Shown here: positions 21,329 through 32,086 of the stretch, one piece after another
How the letters are laid out: the number at the start of each line of letters is the position of its first letter
How positions within the stretch are numbered: the stretch's first letter is position 1
From: a candidate division WOR-3 bacterium
GTDB taxonomy: Bacteria > Hydrothermota > Hydrothermia > LBFQ01
Assembly: GCA_039802605.1 (NCBI GenBank)
Contig: JBDRWW010000003.1
Coordinates: forward strand, 64,001-128,000
Reading direction: 5' to 3'
DNA length: 64,000 bases
The notes under the pieces: model-generated
What the model saw: the letters and a program-made list of their open reading frames with translations, nothing else
Told to the model about the DNA's origin: nothing
Database searches by the model: none
Position numbers and translations under genes: made by a program

Positions 21329-23659
21329 TTAAAATGTTGTCCCTATTTGGAAGTGTGGTCTAAAGCCCTTTGAGGGTTCGTCAAATCCATAACCTATATC
21401 TATCCCCATTATTCCCAGCATCGGTATATTTGCCCTAACACCTAAACCAGCAGATCTTTTGAGGTTTTTAATATCAACCGTCCTCAACTCCCACCAGGCA
21501 TTCCCCCCTTCCAAGAATCCCAAAAGGTATATATTCTCGTTCAACCTAATCCTAAATTCGTATGTTAAAACCGTAAAAACCTTACCGCCTATTACATTAT
21601 AACCCACCTTTGTGCCAACGCTTCTCAGGTCATACCCCCTCAAACCGTAAAACCCCACATCCCCGAGTATGAAGTACTCAAAAAATGGTATATCCTTATC
21701 GGTTGAAAGTCCGTTTAGCAATCCACCCCTAATTCTGAAAGCGTTTATAAGTTTATCCCCGCCAAAGAATGGAAAGGGTTTGTAATATTGTATTTCCGGA
21801 AAATGCCTTAAAAAATTCACATTGCCGCCCAAAGGACCTCCCACCAAATCCAACTGGTATGAAACCCTTAAACCGCTTATTGGGTTAAAAATCCTATCCC
21901 TTGAATCGTAATAAACCGTCCCCGTAGCCGATGACATATACAAAGCGTTTTTATCCTCCCAATAGTCGTAAAAGGGTTGTCCCTGATACTTTTTGTCTAT
22001 GTTAAAAACCTGCAATCTTTCAAGCCTATAACCGGTATTAAACCCCCAGTATGTCCCGAATATCCTTCTACCCACATCGGCGGATATACCCGCCTTTCTC
22101 TGCCAAAAGTCAAAGTAATATTGGGTTAAATAATAGGCGCTCCCCCCAAGGCTTGTAGGTCCGTTTAAAAACCAAGGTTCCCTAAAAGATATTAAAAAGT
22201 TCTTCCTATAACCACCCCATTCAAGTCTTATTTCCCCGTACTGCCCCTTTCCAAAAAGGTTTGGCTGTTGCAATGCCAAATTTCCAAACAAACCCTCCAA
22301 CTGGCTATAACTCGCCCCGGCGCTTATTTGCCCGGTTGGCCTCTCCTTAACTTTAACCACGAGATCAATCCTTTGGGAATCACCAGGAATAGGTCTAATA
22401 TCCGGTAAAACATTTTCAAAATACCCCAGATAATAAAGGTTCCTCAAACTCCTCATAAGTAATGTCCTGGAAAAGTAATCCCCGGGAAAGAGCATAAATT
22501 CCCTACGCATGACATAGTCGTATGTTCTATTGTTTTGCGAAAAATCTATGAACCTGACCCTAACCCTCCAATTTTCCGTAATGTTAAAGTTATAACTCAT
22601 CTTATCGCCTTCTTTTTTCTCTTCGAATCTTAGGTTTGCGTATATATATCCCGAATCCGCGTACAACCCCAAAACCTCCCCCCTTGCCATTTCAAACTTT
22701 TCCTTTGAATATAACCCCCTTTCTAAGGCCTGGGGGGCCCTATACCAAAACCCATACTTCAACCAATCAAATATACTCGGTTTTTTAAAAACTATACTTT
22801 TAAACCTCTCTTCTAGGGTTTTGCTATCAAAAACCTCATTCCCCTCAAAGGACACATCTCCAAATTTATACTTTTTGCCCTCTGTTACATAAACAACTAT
22901 ACCCATATAACCGTTTTCTAAGGGATATACGGAAAAGGAATCAACCTTTGCCTCCGGGTATCCGTGATTGTGATAAAACTCTTCAACCCTTCTTATATCC
23001 TCTTCCCATTTATCGTCGTTAAACACATACCAACTCGTCAATCTCAAGTACCACTTGTATTCTTTTGTGTGAAGGATTTTTTTTAATGTCGCGGATGAAT
23101 ACGCATTGTTTCCCTTAAAGTCTATAAAGCCTACCTTGAATTTTTCGCCTTCATATACCTTGAAAATTATAACCGTCTCCCCGTTTTTGTCCGGCTCCTT
23201 TATCTCGTAATCAACCCTTGCGTTAAGGTATCCCTTTTTCTTATAGATGTTTTCAATGGTTTTTTTCATCGCAAAAATGTTTTTCTCTGTGGCGGCTTTG
23301 TTCTTAAAAACCTTATTCAAAGTGTCAATTAAAGATTTACTTTTAACATTTTTTGCGCCCTGTATCTCAAACTTTTTTATCCTAGGAGCCTCTTTAAAAA
23401 CGAAGAGCATATCAATGGTATCCTTACGGAGCATACCGAGGACCTTTATATCGTCAAATATGCCCAGATTCCAAACCCTATCAAGGGCCTGCTTGAAATC
23501 CATGGCTGTTAATCTTTGTCCCCTTTGTAGCCTCAAAGCGCTCCTTATAACCTGATGGTTTGTCCATTTAACATCCAAAATCTGTATTTCCCCTATATAA
23601 ACCTCCTTTGGTATGGGTTTTGCGGTATCGACTTGCAAAACTAAAATACCTAAGAGCAT
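21329..23659 (-). CDS. bamA: Outer-membrane protein assembly factor BamA
   Basis: POTRA repeats, VKERPTGQISAG, NLFGKGQ, LRGYD, C-terminal FQIGTTF. Confidence 0.95.
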   Translation of the reverse strand: MLLGILVLQVDTAKPIPKEVYIGEIQILDVKWTNHQVIRSALRLQRGQRLTAMDFKQALDRVWNLGIFDDIKVLGMLRKDTIDMLFVFKEAPRIKKFEIQGAKNVKSKSLIDTLNKVFKNKAATEKNIFAMKKTIENIYKKKGYLNARVDYEIKEPDKNGETVIIFKVYEGEKFKVGFIDFKGNNAYSSATLKKILHTKEYKWYLRLTSWYVFNDDKWEEDIRRVEEFYHNHGYPEAKVDSFSVYPLENGYMGIVVYVTEGKKYKFGDVSFEGNEVFDSKTLEERFKSIVFKKPSIFDWLKYGFWYRAPQALERGLYSKEKFEMARGEVLGLYADSGYIYANLRFEEKKEGDKMSYNFNITENWRVRVRFIDFSQNNRTYDYVMRREFMLFPGDYFSRTLLMRSLRNLYYLGYFENVLPDIRPIPGDSQRIDLVVKVKERPTGQISAGASYSQLEGLFGNLALQQPNLFGKGQYGEIRLEWGGYRKNFLISFREPWFLNGPTSLGGSAYYLTQYYFDFWQRKAGISADVGRRIFGTYWGFNTGYRLERLQVFNIDKKYQGQPFYDYWEDKNALYMSSATGTVYYDSRDRIFNPISGLRVSYQLDLVGGPLGGNVNFLRHFPEIQYYKPFPFFGGDKLINAFRIRGGLLNGLSTDKDIPFFEYFILGDVGFYGLRGYDLRSVGTKVGYNVIGGKVFTVLTYEFRIRLNENIYLLGFLEGGNAWWELRTVDIKNLKRSAGLGVRANIPMLGIMGIDIGYGFDEPSKGFRPHFQIGTTF

Positions 23660-23723
23660 AAGCGGTTATTTTATTGCCGTTTTGTTTTTAGTTAGTACCT
23701 TTCCACTTTAAAATATCCGCGCT

Positions 23724-23963
23724 ATGAAAATTACAAAAGAGACAACGGTGGAAGAGGTAGTTGTAAGGTATCCGGATGCCGTTGATATATTTTTCAAATA
23801 CGGGATTCCCGCCATAGCGTGCGGGACACCTATATGGGGCACCATAGGGGAAAATGCGGAAAGGTATGGGGTGAAGGATTTAGGTGGTTTGTTAAGGGAG
23901 CTGAACGAATTGGTGGAAAAGAAAGGGGAGATGGATATTAAACTCAACCCTATAAACGAATAA
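23724..23963 (+). CDS. DUF1858 / ScdA N-terminal-like small protein
   Basis: KITKETTVEEVVVRYPDAVDIFFKYGIP..C....TIGENAERYGV. Confidence 0.75.
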   Translation: MKITKETTVEEVVVRYPDAVDIFFKYGIPAIACGTPIWGTIGENAERYGVKDLGGLLRELNELVEKKGEMDIKLNPINE

Positions 23964-23990
23964 AACAAGCTTATAATATCCGCTTCATAA

Positions 23991-24064
23991 GGGCGCGTAG
24001 CTCAGGTGGTTAGAGCGCTCGTTTGACATGCGAGAGGTCGGAGGTTCGACTCCTCCCGCGCCCA
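23991..24064 (+). tRNA. tRNA-Val(GAC), CCA not encoded
   Basis: Acceptor GGGCGCG/CGCGCCC; anticodon arm CTCGT-TTGACAT-GCGAG; T-loop GTTCGAC; TATAAT at 23972-23977. Confidence 0.96.
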
Positions 24065-24065
24065 T

Positions 24066-25031
24066 TTGAACCTCCCTTTATCCAACGAATACCTTGTTTG
24101 GTTCGTTAAAGTTGCGGGTATTCTGTTCGTAATCCTTACGGTAGCCGCCTATATGGTTTGGGCTGAGAGGAGGGTATCCGCTTGGATGCAGGACAGGATA
24201 GGGCCAAACCTCGTGGGACCTTTTGGTTTATTGCAACCCTTGGCGGATGTCATTAAACTCGCCTTTAAAGAGGACATAACCCCCTTTGTCGCGGACAAGC
24301 TCTTGCACTTCATAGCGCCGGGATTAATTATGACGGCCCCCGTTTTAGCCGTTTCGGTTATACCCTTTGCACCCGGTTTATGGATTGCGAATCCGGATTT
24401 CGGCCTCCTCTGGCTTCTCGGTGCCACATCAATCGCGGCCTACGGGGTTATACTGGGTGGCATCGCCGGGGGTAGCAAGTATCCCCTTTTGGGGAGTTTG
24501 AGGTCAATGTCCCAGATTGTGTCTTATGAACTTCCAATGGGTATATCCGCCTTGGGCCCGGCGGTTATGGCCGGTTCGTTATCCTTGGTTGATATAGTTG
24601 AAGCGCAAAAAAACCTGTGGTTTATAGTTCCCCAATTTATAGGTTTTTTGGTCTTTCTCATTACAACATATGCCGAAACCAACAGGCTACCCTTTGACCT
24701 GCCGGAAGCCGAAGCGGAATTAACGGGTGGGTATCATACGGAGTTTTCTTCTTTAAAGTTTGCATGGTTCTTTGCCGGAGAGTACGCCAATATGGTTATA
24801 GCATCGTCTTCCGTAAGCATATTGTTCTTGGGGGGATGGTATGGTCCCTTTGCGCCGGGATTACACTGGACAATACTAAAAATATCCTTCTTTTTGTTCC
24901 TATTCCTCTGGGTTAGATGGACCCTACCTAGGTTTAGGTTTGACCAGTTGATGTTTTTCAGCTGGAAGGTTTTACTCCCCTTATCTTTGCTTAACTTGGC
25001 CATTGCAACCATTTTGAAGGTAATGTGGTAA
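24066..25031 (+). CDS. nuoH: NADH-quinone oxidoreductase subunit H, isolated from other nuo genes
   Basis: ERRVSAWMQDRIGPN, GLLQPLADVIKL.FKE, AETNRLPFDLPEAE.EL..GY.TE, PRFRFDQLM; TTG start. Confidence 0.95.
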   Translation: MNLPLSNEYLVWFVKVAGILFVILTVAAYMVWAERRVSAWMQDRIGPNLVGPFGLLQPLADVIKLAFKEDITPFVADKLLHFIAPGLIMTAPVLAVSVIPFAPGLWIANPDFGLLWLLGATSIAAYGVILGGIAGGSKYPLLGSLRSMSQIVSYELPMGISALGPAVMAGSLSLVDIVEAQKNLWFIVPQFIGFLVFLITTYAETNRLPFDLPEAEAELTGGYHTEFSSLKFAWFFAGEYANMVIASSSVSILFLGGWYGPFAPGLHWTILKISFFLFLFLWVRWTLPRFRFDQLMFFSWKVLLPLSLLNLAIATILKVMW

Positions 25032-25387
25032 AGGGTATAGGGGTGGATGTTGTTAATCTACGAAGGTTTGAAAGGGTTTTAATCAAGACCCCTAGAATAA
25101 AAAACAGATTGTTTACGCAAAGGGAAATAGAGAATTCTTACTCTTTATGGAATTTGGCCGGAAAGTTTGCCGCGAAAGAAGCGGTTTTAAAGTCCGTGGG
25201 TTTGGGTTTGAGTAATGGATTGTGCTGGCACGATGTGGAGATTATTGGAAATTTCAATTCCCCACCAAAAGTTATACTAAGCCCTAAGGCGAAAGAAATT
25301 ATACCCAATGTGGAATTTTTCCTTTCAATATCCCATGAGAGGGATTTTGTTGTGGCGGTATGTTTGGCCGTATTATCAAATACCTGA
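25025..25387 (+). CDS. acpS: Holo-ACP synthase
   Basis: [27 protein letters not shown]. Confidence 0.93.
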   Translation: MVKGIGVDVVNLRRFERVLIKTPRIKNRLFTQREIENSYSLWNLAGKFAAKEAVLKSVGLGLSNGLCWHDVEIIGNFNSPPKVILSPKAKEIIPNVEFFLSISHERDFVVAVCLAVLSNT

Positions 25388-25797
25388 AATCCCAAATTGA
25401 GCCTTCACCTTCGGAGTTAAAGGGTTTGTTTGTTTTGTTAATATTGGGTTTTATCGGCGTTGGGTACGACTATTACCAAAAACTTAAAACCCCAAAGGGT
25501 ATTACCTTTACAAAGGTTTCCAAGGACTTAAAGATTTTTGAGGATACTTCCTTATTCGTAGTTGAAAGGAGGGAATTTTACCGCAGAAAACCTTTAAGGG
25601 GCGGTGAGAAGATAAATATAAATACGGCAAGCGTTGAAGAGCTCATGAGGATTCCGGGAATTGGCCCCAAGATGGCTCAAAGGATTTACGAATATCGCCG
25701 AAAGTTTGGGAAGTTCAAAAGTGCAGACGAACTTATAAATATAAAGGGTATAGGTCCAAAAAAATTACAAAAGATAAAGCCCTATATTACCCTATGA
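25360..25797 (+). CDS. comEA: ComEA-family helix-hairpin-helix DNA-binding protein
   Basis: TM, then [22 protein letters not shown]...GKFKS.DEL..IKGIG. Confidence 0.85.
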   Translation: MFGRIIKYLKSQIEPSPSELKGLFVLLILGFIGVGYDYYQKLKTPKGITFTKVSKDLKIFEDTSLFVVERREFYRRKPLRGGEKININTASVEELMRIPGIGPKMAQRIYEYRRKFGKFKSADELINIKGIGPKKLQKIKPYITL

Positions 25798-27784
25798 GGT
25801 TTTCGGATATAGCCTCCGATATGTCCCTCACCTTTTCCGGTTCCAAACCCTTTGATTTTACACCGTCGGTAATCATTGTCATACAGAAAGGACAACCCAC
25901 AACGATTTCATCCGGGTTTTTACCCAGCAATTCCTCCGTCCTCTCCAAGTTTATCTTTTTTCCAATCTTTTCTTCCAACCACATCCTACCGCCACCGGCA
26001 CCACAGCAGAACGAATTATTCCTACTCCTATCCGCTTCCAAAACATCCCCCAAAGATTTTAATATATCCCTTGGTTCGTCGTATATTCCGTTATGCCTTC
26101 CCAAATAACACGGGTCGTGGAATATGTATTTTTTGTCGGTCTTTTTTACCTTAATCTTCCCGAGTTTTAAGAGCATGCTAAGATATTCCGAATGGTGATA
26201 AACCTTTATGCTTTTGTCCAAACCGAAATCCGGGTATTCGTTTTTTATGGTATGATAACAGTGAGGACAGGATGCAATTATAGCCTTAGGCTTGTATTTG
26301 TTGAGAGTTTCAACATTTTGAACCGCAAGCATTTCAAATAAGTACTCGTTTCCCGTCCTCCGCGCGGAATCTCCCGTGCATGTTTCCTCTATACCCAGTA
26401 TGGCCACATCAACGCCTGCGGATTTTAAAAGACTAACGACCGTCCTGGCGACTTTTGAATATCTCTGGTCGTAAGAGGCGGCACACCCCGCCCAATACAG
26501 TACTTCAAAATTGGGATTTTCATAGGCCCTTTTTACATCCAATCCCTCGGCCCACTTTTCCCTGTTTTCTGCCGGCATATTCCAAGGATTTCCCTGATTT
26601 TCCATCCCCCTATAAGCATTTGAAAACCCCACCTCTTTACCTTCCATAAGGATTTGCCCCCTCCTTATTTGGAGTATGGTGTATAACTGCTCATTACCCA
26701 CGGGACAAATCTCCACACAGGCGCCGCATGTGGTACAGGCCCAAAGGGCATCCTCGTTTATCGCAAAATCCATTAGCGGCCTTAAACCTTCACCGTTTGC
26801 AAATTTTTTAAGGTTTTGGTTGATCTCGTACCGAATGTTTATTATTAATGCGGATGGCGAAAGGGGTTTTCCGGTAAAGTTTGCCGGGCATACATCCTGA
26901 CACCTGTTGCACATTATACAGGCATAAGCATCCATTATTTGTGCCCACGGTAAATCCTCCAAATTTTTGGCCCCAAAAACCTCTTCCTCTCCCCCCTCCT
27001 CTTGAAGTTTTTCCATAAGGTTTAAAGGTTCGACATATCCGTATGGCTTATCCCTCCTAACCGACCACCTTACCGGGGCAAAGAATATGTGTATATGCTT
27101 TGAGTACGGAAAGTATGGGAAAAAGGCGAGTATTGAACCCAATGCCAACCACCAGAATAAATGTTCGAGAATGGTTTTAAACCCCTCGGGTATCCCATTC
27201 AAGATTAAAAATATGGATGATGCAAAGGGCTGAAATGTATCAAATGAGGAAAGCGATAAAGATTGGTGTAAAACCCTTGAAAACACATGGGTAAAAATGA
27301 ATACGAGCACTATAAGGGAATCCCTTAATATGCCGCTTAGAGCCTTTTCATGAAGGGGAACATTTTCGGGAAAGAATAGCCTTTTATCCTTTACAACATA
27401 TCTGCGGATACCGAAATATATTACGCCAATTAATGCCAAAAGGCTTAAAATATCCGATACAAGGTTAAAAGCGCTCTGCAAAGGTGTGTTTCCAAAGAGA
27501 TTAAAACCGTATATATAACCCCTTATCACATCCTGCAAGTTTACAAGGGCATATACCAAGAAAGCCCAAAGGATGAATGCGTGGAAAATGGAGGTTATAA
27601 ACCTCGCTTTAAATATGGGTTTTTGAAGTATTAGGGCCTGAATCCCCAACCACAAATTTACCCTTCTTTTCTCGCTTTTCCCCCTCTTTATCGCATTAAT
27701 TGCGGCTGAAAAGTTTTTATAAGTTAAGTATCCGGAAAGCAAAAGTAGAACGATAAATAAAACCTTTTCGTATATGGTTAGCAT
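25787..27784 (-). CDS. Membrane-bound Fe-S oxidoreductase (FadF/HdrD-like, CCG domains)
   Basis: Multi-TM N-terminus with [19 protein letters not shown] and [27 protein letters not shown]. Confidence 0.9.
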   Translation of the reverse strand: MLTIYEKVLFIVLLLLSGYLTYKNFSAAINAIKRGKSEKRRVNLWLGIQALILQKPIFKARFITSIFHAFILWAFLVYALVNLQDVIRGYIYGFNLFGNTPLQSAFNLVSDILSLLALIGVIYFGIRRYVVKDKRLFFPENVPLHEKALSGILRDSLIVLVFIFTHVFSRVLHQSLSLSSFDTFQPFASSIFLILNGIPEGFKTILEHLFWWLALGSILAFFPYFPYSKHIHIFFAPVRWSVRRDKPYGYVEPLNLMEKLQEEGGEEEVFGAKNLEDLPWAQIMDAYACIMCNRCQDVCPANFTGKPLSPSALIINIRYEINQNLKKFANGEGLRPLMDFAINEDALWACTTCGACVEICPVGNEQLYTILQIRRGQILMEGKEVGFSNAYRGMENQGNPWNMPAENREKWAEGLDVKRAYENPNFEVLYWAGCAASYDQRYSKVARTVVSLLKSAGVDVAILGIEETCTGDSARRTGNEYLFEMLAVQNVETLNKYKPKAIIASCPHCYHTIKNEYPDFGLDKSIKVYHHSEYLSMLLKLGKIKVKKTDKKYIFHDPCYLGRHNGIYDEPRDILKSLGDVLEADRSRNNSFCCGAGGGRMWLEEKIGKKINLERTEELLGKNPDEIVVGCPFCMTMITDGVKSKGLEPEKVRDISEAISENLIG

Positions 27785-27848
27785 AAGTGGGAATTTTACC
27801 CTCGGGAAATTTGTTTGGGTTTAAAACACCTTTAAAATTTCCAAACTC

Positions 27849-28235
27849 ATGTTATTAGCGTTTATACTATCGCAAAACCAAGATACCTTAGAGGATACAT
27901 TAAAGCGTAAGGATATCTTTATAAAATCACCCGTTAAAGCCGCTTTGAGGTCGGCGGTTATTCCGGGATGGGGGCAGTTTTACAACGGTAGAGCATTTAA
28001 AGGCCTAATACTTGGAGGGTTTTCCTTTGTATCCCTCGGTTGGACATTGAAAACTTTTAACGATTACAGGATGAAGGGGGATAATCAAAGCGTATCCAAA
28101 TTTTTGGGGGCTTTGATAGTTAATATAGCGGTTTGGGGTTATACTATTGCCGACGCGTTCGTTGATGCGTATTTATACGGATTTGAGGCCGAGAGGGATA
28201 CGGTTTTAAAGGATATAGAGGTTAAAAAGCATTAG
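27849..28235 (+). CDS. DUF5683-like membrane protein
   Basis: KSPVKAALRSAVIPGWGQFYNG and IADAFVDAYL. Confidence 0.75.
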   Translation: MLLAFILSQNQDTLEDTLKRKDIFIKSPVKAALRSAVIPGWGQFYNGRAFKGLILGGFSFVSLGWTLKTFNDYRMKGDNQSVSKFLGALIVNIAVWGYTIADAFVDAYLYGFEAERDTVLKDIEVKKH

Positions 28236-28856
28236 TCAAATCCTTTCAAAAATGCCTTCAACATTGCCAAAGGGTGTTTCCCTTAAAAATACTTTTCTTA
28301 TACTCAATTCATCAAACAACTTTTCAACATCTTCCAATGTATAAAGGCAAACCGGAACATCTATTTTAAACTTTTCCATAACACCTTTGGAAGGAAGGCA
28401 AAACCTTTCTTCAACGGGCAAATCCTTATGGGCATATCCCTTACCCAAAGGGGAATTCAAACCGGAAAAAGAAATAAACAATCTCCCCCCTTTTTCCATC
28501 CTATTTAAAACGATTTTCAAAACCCTTTTTGTGTCCGAAAATCTTAAAAAGTGCAAAACCCTTTCCGCTACAAAAATCCCTATAATCTCTGGAAGTTCTG
28601 AGGGTTTTATTTCTCCAATGTCCTTTAATTTAAGGCCAACCCTTAAATCCAAATCCTTTAATCGTTCAATAAAAAAGGGTTTAATTCTATCGTAAATAAA
28701 CACCCTGTATCCCAAAAGTGCCAATATGAGCGATAACCTTCCGGAGCCAGCCCCAAATTCAACAACACATTTTGTTCCCTTCCAATCCAGAGCAAACTTT
28801 ATAACCTCCTTATCCAACAAGCTCAACCTTTTTGAAACCACATCTATACCGTACAT
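28236..28856 (-). CDS. Class I SAM-dependent methyltransferase
   Basis: VVEFGAGSGR motif I, VLHFL, GGRLF; start moved to ATG 28856 (TAAAAT 9 nt upstream). Confidence 0.72.
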   Translation of the reverse strand: MYGIDVVSKRLSLLDKEVIKFALDWKGTKCVVEFGAGSGRLSLILALLGYRVFIYDRIKPFFIERLKDLDLRVGLKLKDIGEIKPSELPEIIGIFVAERVLHFLRFSDTKRVLKIVLNRMEKGGRLFISFSGLNSPLGKGYAHKDLPVEERFCLPSKGVMEKFKIDVPVCLYTLEDVEKLFDELSIRKVFLRETPFGNVEGIFERI

Positions 28857-28911
28857 TCCCCACAAATTTTAAAGGCGAAGGGATTAATCCTCCAACAAGC
28901 AGTGGAAATAA

Positions 28912-29553
28912 TTAATCCCAACACTTTTCGGCGTAAAAGAGTCTCGTAGGGCCAAAGGCGAACCTTTTAACCCTTACCCTTTTAAATCCCACGGATATAA
29001 GCATATCTCTTAAAGTGTTGTCATCCGGAAAATCAATGATGCTTTTGAAAAGATAAAGGTAATCCTTAACCGAACCCCCGAATATGGGGGATAAGAAAAT
29101 CATTAATGTTAAGTATGCCAAATTGGGCAAATCCCAAAAGTTTAAATCCGCCTTCATTTCAAGTATTAAAAGTCTCCCGGGGCATTTTAAAACCCTATAA
29201 AACTCCCTTAAAGCCTTTTCTTTATTGGGAATATTCCTCAAACCGAAGGCAATGGTTATGGTATCAAAAGAATCACTCTTAAATGGTAATTCTTCCCCAT
29301 CCCCCAAAACCAAAACCGCCCTTCTTTTCCCTTTTTTTAACATACTTAAAGAAATATCAAGGCCTACCGAGAAATCCCTTTTGTATATTCCCGGTATTAT
29401 CCCGGGACCTGTGGCCACATCTAAGAGCTTCCCCCTTGAAAGTTTTATAACATCCCTCCTCCACAATAGATTTTGACCAAAAGAAAAAACAACATTTCTA
29501 AATTCGTAAAGCCTCATCTCGGAAAACATTTTATTTATTTCCCTTTTAACCAT
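28912..29553 (-). CDS. menG: UbiE/MenG family methyltransferase (compact)
   Basis: N..FSFGQ...WRR, LLDVATGPG, LPFKSDSFDTITIAFGLRN, YLYLFKSI. Confidence 0.78.
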   Translation of the reverse strand: MVKREINKMFSEMRLYEFRNVVFSFGQNLLWRRDVIKLSRGKLLDVATGPGIIPGIYKRDFSVGLDISLSMLKKGKRRAVLVLGDGEELPFKSDSFDTITIAFGLRNIPNKEKALREFYRVLKCPGRLLILEMKADLNFWDLPNLAYLTLMIFLSPIFGGSVKDYLYLFKSIIDFPDDNTLRDMLISVGFKRVRVKRFAFGPTRLFYAEKCWD

Positions 29554-29645
29554 AATCTCTTACAGAATAAAAAACCACACCTTTCACACTTGTAATTCTA
29601 AGGTCGGAGACTTATCGGCCTATACTACCGTATAATACTAGCATC

Positions 29646-30356
29646 ATGAATGAGGAAGTTCGTAAAATATTGGAAATGCTGGAAAGCGGAAAAATAACCG
29701 CGGAGCAAGCCGAAAGGCTGATAAGCGCCATATACGAAGGGGAAAAACGGGATAAAGGTGAAAGAAAAAAGGGATTTGAGGGTGCCGTAGAAGATGTTGT
29801 GGGGAAGCTCGTATTGGATGTAATATCCGCAACTTTCAAGGCCGTTGGTAAAGGGTTAAAACTTGCACCCTTTGTTCCCTCCGAGATTTCCGAAGCGTTT
29901 TCGGAAGCAGGAAGGGGTATAGGCGAGGCTTTTAAAGACTTGGACGAAGATTTGTACATTGTAGAAGTCATTTCGGATAATGTTGTGGTTTCCACATCAC
30001 CCGATTCCCACTTGAAACCCGGAAAATACCGTAAAAATAATTTAATTATCCCAGAAAACTCAAAGTTGGCATTAAAGGTTGTAGATGGGGATGCCAAATT
30101 GAACGGTAAGTTTGATAGGGTTATATGCGTAGTTATAGACGGGAACTTGGAGTTTGAAGGGTGGTTTAACCTGTTGGACTTACATATTATTGACGGGGAT
30201 GCAAGGATTAAAACCGATATAAGGGATTTAAAAGAGGGCGTTAAGGTGCTTCAAGGCGCAAAGGATATACCCGAACTCCCAGGCGGAGGCAGGGAAATAA
30301 AAGGAACTATAATTGACGGGAATTTGAAGGTTATTTCTTTGGATTCATCCAGATAA
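29646..30356 (+). CDS. YvlB/SHOCT-like N-terminal domain protein with DUF4097-like beta repeats
   Basis: EEVRKILEMLESGKITAEQAERLISA; repeated (V/I)(I/V)DG(D/N) units. Confidence 0.7.
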   Translation: MNEEVRKILEMLESGKITAEQAERLISAIYEGEKRDKGERKKGFEGAVEDVVGKLVLDVISATFKAVGKGLKLAPFVPSEISEAFSEAGRGIGEAFKDLDEDLYIVEVISDNVVVSTSPDSHLKPGKYRKNNLIIPENSKLALKVVDGDAKLNGKFDRVICVVIDGNLEFEGWFNLLDLHIIDGDARIKTDIRDLKEGVKVLQGAKDIPELPGGGREIKGTIIDGNLKVISLDSSR

Positions 30357-31269
30357 ACAGAACTCCCGGAAGGGATGCCAATATGTTTGCAAAGTAATAC
30401 AAAATGGAAATTGAAACCGCACCTTCATAACCCGTATAATAACCCAAAAGATAAACAAATCCCCCCTCCCTTATGCCAACCCCACCTATACTAAGCGGTA
30501 TCATGGTTATGAGATTCACCAGCGATGTATAAACCACGGTTTTTAATAGCAGCATGTCAAGGGAAAAATTAATAACCCCCAAGGAAACCCCCAAAAAATA
30601 AGCCCCCATGCCCAAAAACCCCTGCATGGCAAAGGATATTAAAAATCCAAGGATTACGAGAAGGGGATTTTCCCTGTAATGGTCAAAGGCTAACAGAAAG
30701 TTTGAAATCCTTTCACCAAGACGAAATACTTTAACACTTCCAAGGATGTTTATTACCAATTTCCTTAACCTTCTGCTGAGTATAACGATAGAGGAAATGA
30801 AAGAGGCGATGAAGCCCAAAACTATAAACCACCCTATGGGCTTCATGGTTTTACTTCCCAAAATCAAGGACATCAATGCTAGTGTTAGTAATGCCAAAAA
30901 ACCCACCATCCTATCTATGAAAACGGCGGCAAAGCTCTGGGATTTTGAACCCGATTTAATACCCACATATAAACCCCTTATTATATCAACTCCCGCCCCC
31001 GCTGGCAGAAACATCCCATAAAACAGCGCTCCAAGTGTTACAAAAATTGCCCCCAAAGGGGTTATAACCTTCGGTTGTAAAAAGATATACCACCTATAAC
31101 CCGATAATGCCAACCCCAAAAATACGAAAAAAACCCCAAGTATTGCGGTGTATATGTTTAAGGATAGTATTAACCCGACAACTTTTGATATATCCGTTTT
31201 GGAAAAGACCCAAATGAGGGCCAATACGGTTATCAGGAGCCTTAAAAATATATTAAGGAGATTACGCAA
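30331..31269 (-). CDS. Lysylphosphatidylglycerol synthase TM / UPF0104 flippase-like protein
   Basis: RW, FLPAGAGVDIIR, DRMVG, PLSIGGVGIRE. Confidence 0.85.
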   Translation of the reverse strand: MRNLLNIFLRLLITVLALIWVFSKTDISKVVGLILSLNIYTAILGVFFVFLGLALSGYRWYIFLQPKVITPLGAIFVTLGALFYGMFLPAGAGVDIIRGLYVGIKSGSKSQSFAAVFIDRMVGFLALLTLALMSLILGSKTMKPIGWFIVLGFIASFISSIVILSRRLRKLVINILGSVKVFRLGERISNFLLAFDHYRENPLLVILGFLISFAMQGFLGMGAYFLGVSLGVINFSLDMLLLKTVVYTSLVNLITMIPLSIGGVGIREGGFVYLLGYYTGYEGAVSISILYYFANILASLPGVLFIWMNPKK

Positions 31270-32086
31270 TTTCGCAAAACCTTTTTATAAAATCCTCAAA
31301 CTTTAACAGTGCTTGGAGTACATCCCCGCTTACCAAAAACCTGTTATCCTTTGGCAGCGACCTTTTTAAAGAAACCTCGCCATCACCCGCAAGTAAAAAC
31401 ACCCAGAAACCTCCGGGATATGTGGGCGTAAACGACGCGTAAAGTTTAACATTCTTAAAGTTTTGCCGTACAATGTTGTATGTTTGCGTTATTTGGTCCT
31501 TATAGAACAGGGGATTTCCCAACTGCATACTCAAAAATCCCCATTCATTTAAAGATTCCCTTAATCCCTCAATAAATTCCCTGCTAAAAAGAACCTCGGC
31601 GGGGCCAACCGGATCCGTTGAATCCACCAGTATAACATCGTATTTGTTCCCCTCTTTGACAACCTTAAACCCATCCTCAACCCTTATGAATACCCTTTCG
31701 TCCGCAAAAGTTCCTTCCATATTAAGAAAATCCTTTGCCAATCTCAAAACCTCCACATCGATTTCCGCAATTATAACCTTCTTTACACCGTATTTTAAAA
31801 CCTCCCTTAAAGTGCCACCATCCCCACCCCCGACGATCAAAACCTCGTTTATATCCCCTGATATTACCATAGGGGGATGAGTTAAAGCCTCGTGATAAAA
31901 GAACTCATCCCTATCCGTACTCATAACCAAGCCATCCAATACGAAAACCTTGCCCCAAAACTCGTTTTCAAACAAAAGGATATCCTGGTAATCGCTTTTT
32001 GTATGCCTCAAAACCCTATCTATGGAAAAAAATATTCCGGAAGTGGCCGTATGATACTCCTTAAATTCTAGCTTTGGCTTTCCCAT
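31262..32086 (-). CDS. speE: Polyamine aminopropyltransferase (GGGDG type)
   Basis: SDYQDI, LDG, DEFFYHE, GGGDGG, DSTDPVGPA, PTYPGG; start probably ATG 32086. Confidence 0.9.
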   Translation of the reverse strand: MGKPKLEFKEYHTATSGIFFSIDRVLRHTKSDYQDILLFENEFWGKVFVLDGLVMSTDRDEFFYHEALTHPPMVISGDINEVLIVGGGDGGTLREVLKYGVKKVIIAEIDVEVLRLAKDFLNMEGTFADERVFIRVEDGFKVVKEGNKYDVILVDSTDPVGPAEVLFSREFIEGLRESLNEWGFLSMQLGNPLFYKDQITQTYNIVRQNFKNVKLYASFTPTYPGGFWVFLLAGDGEVSLKRSLPKDNRFLVSGDVLQALLKFEDFIKRFCEIA

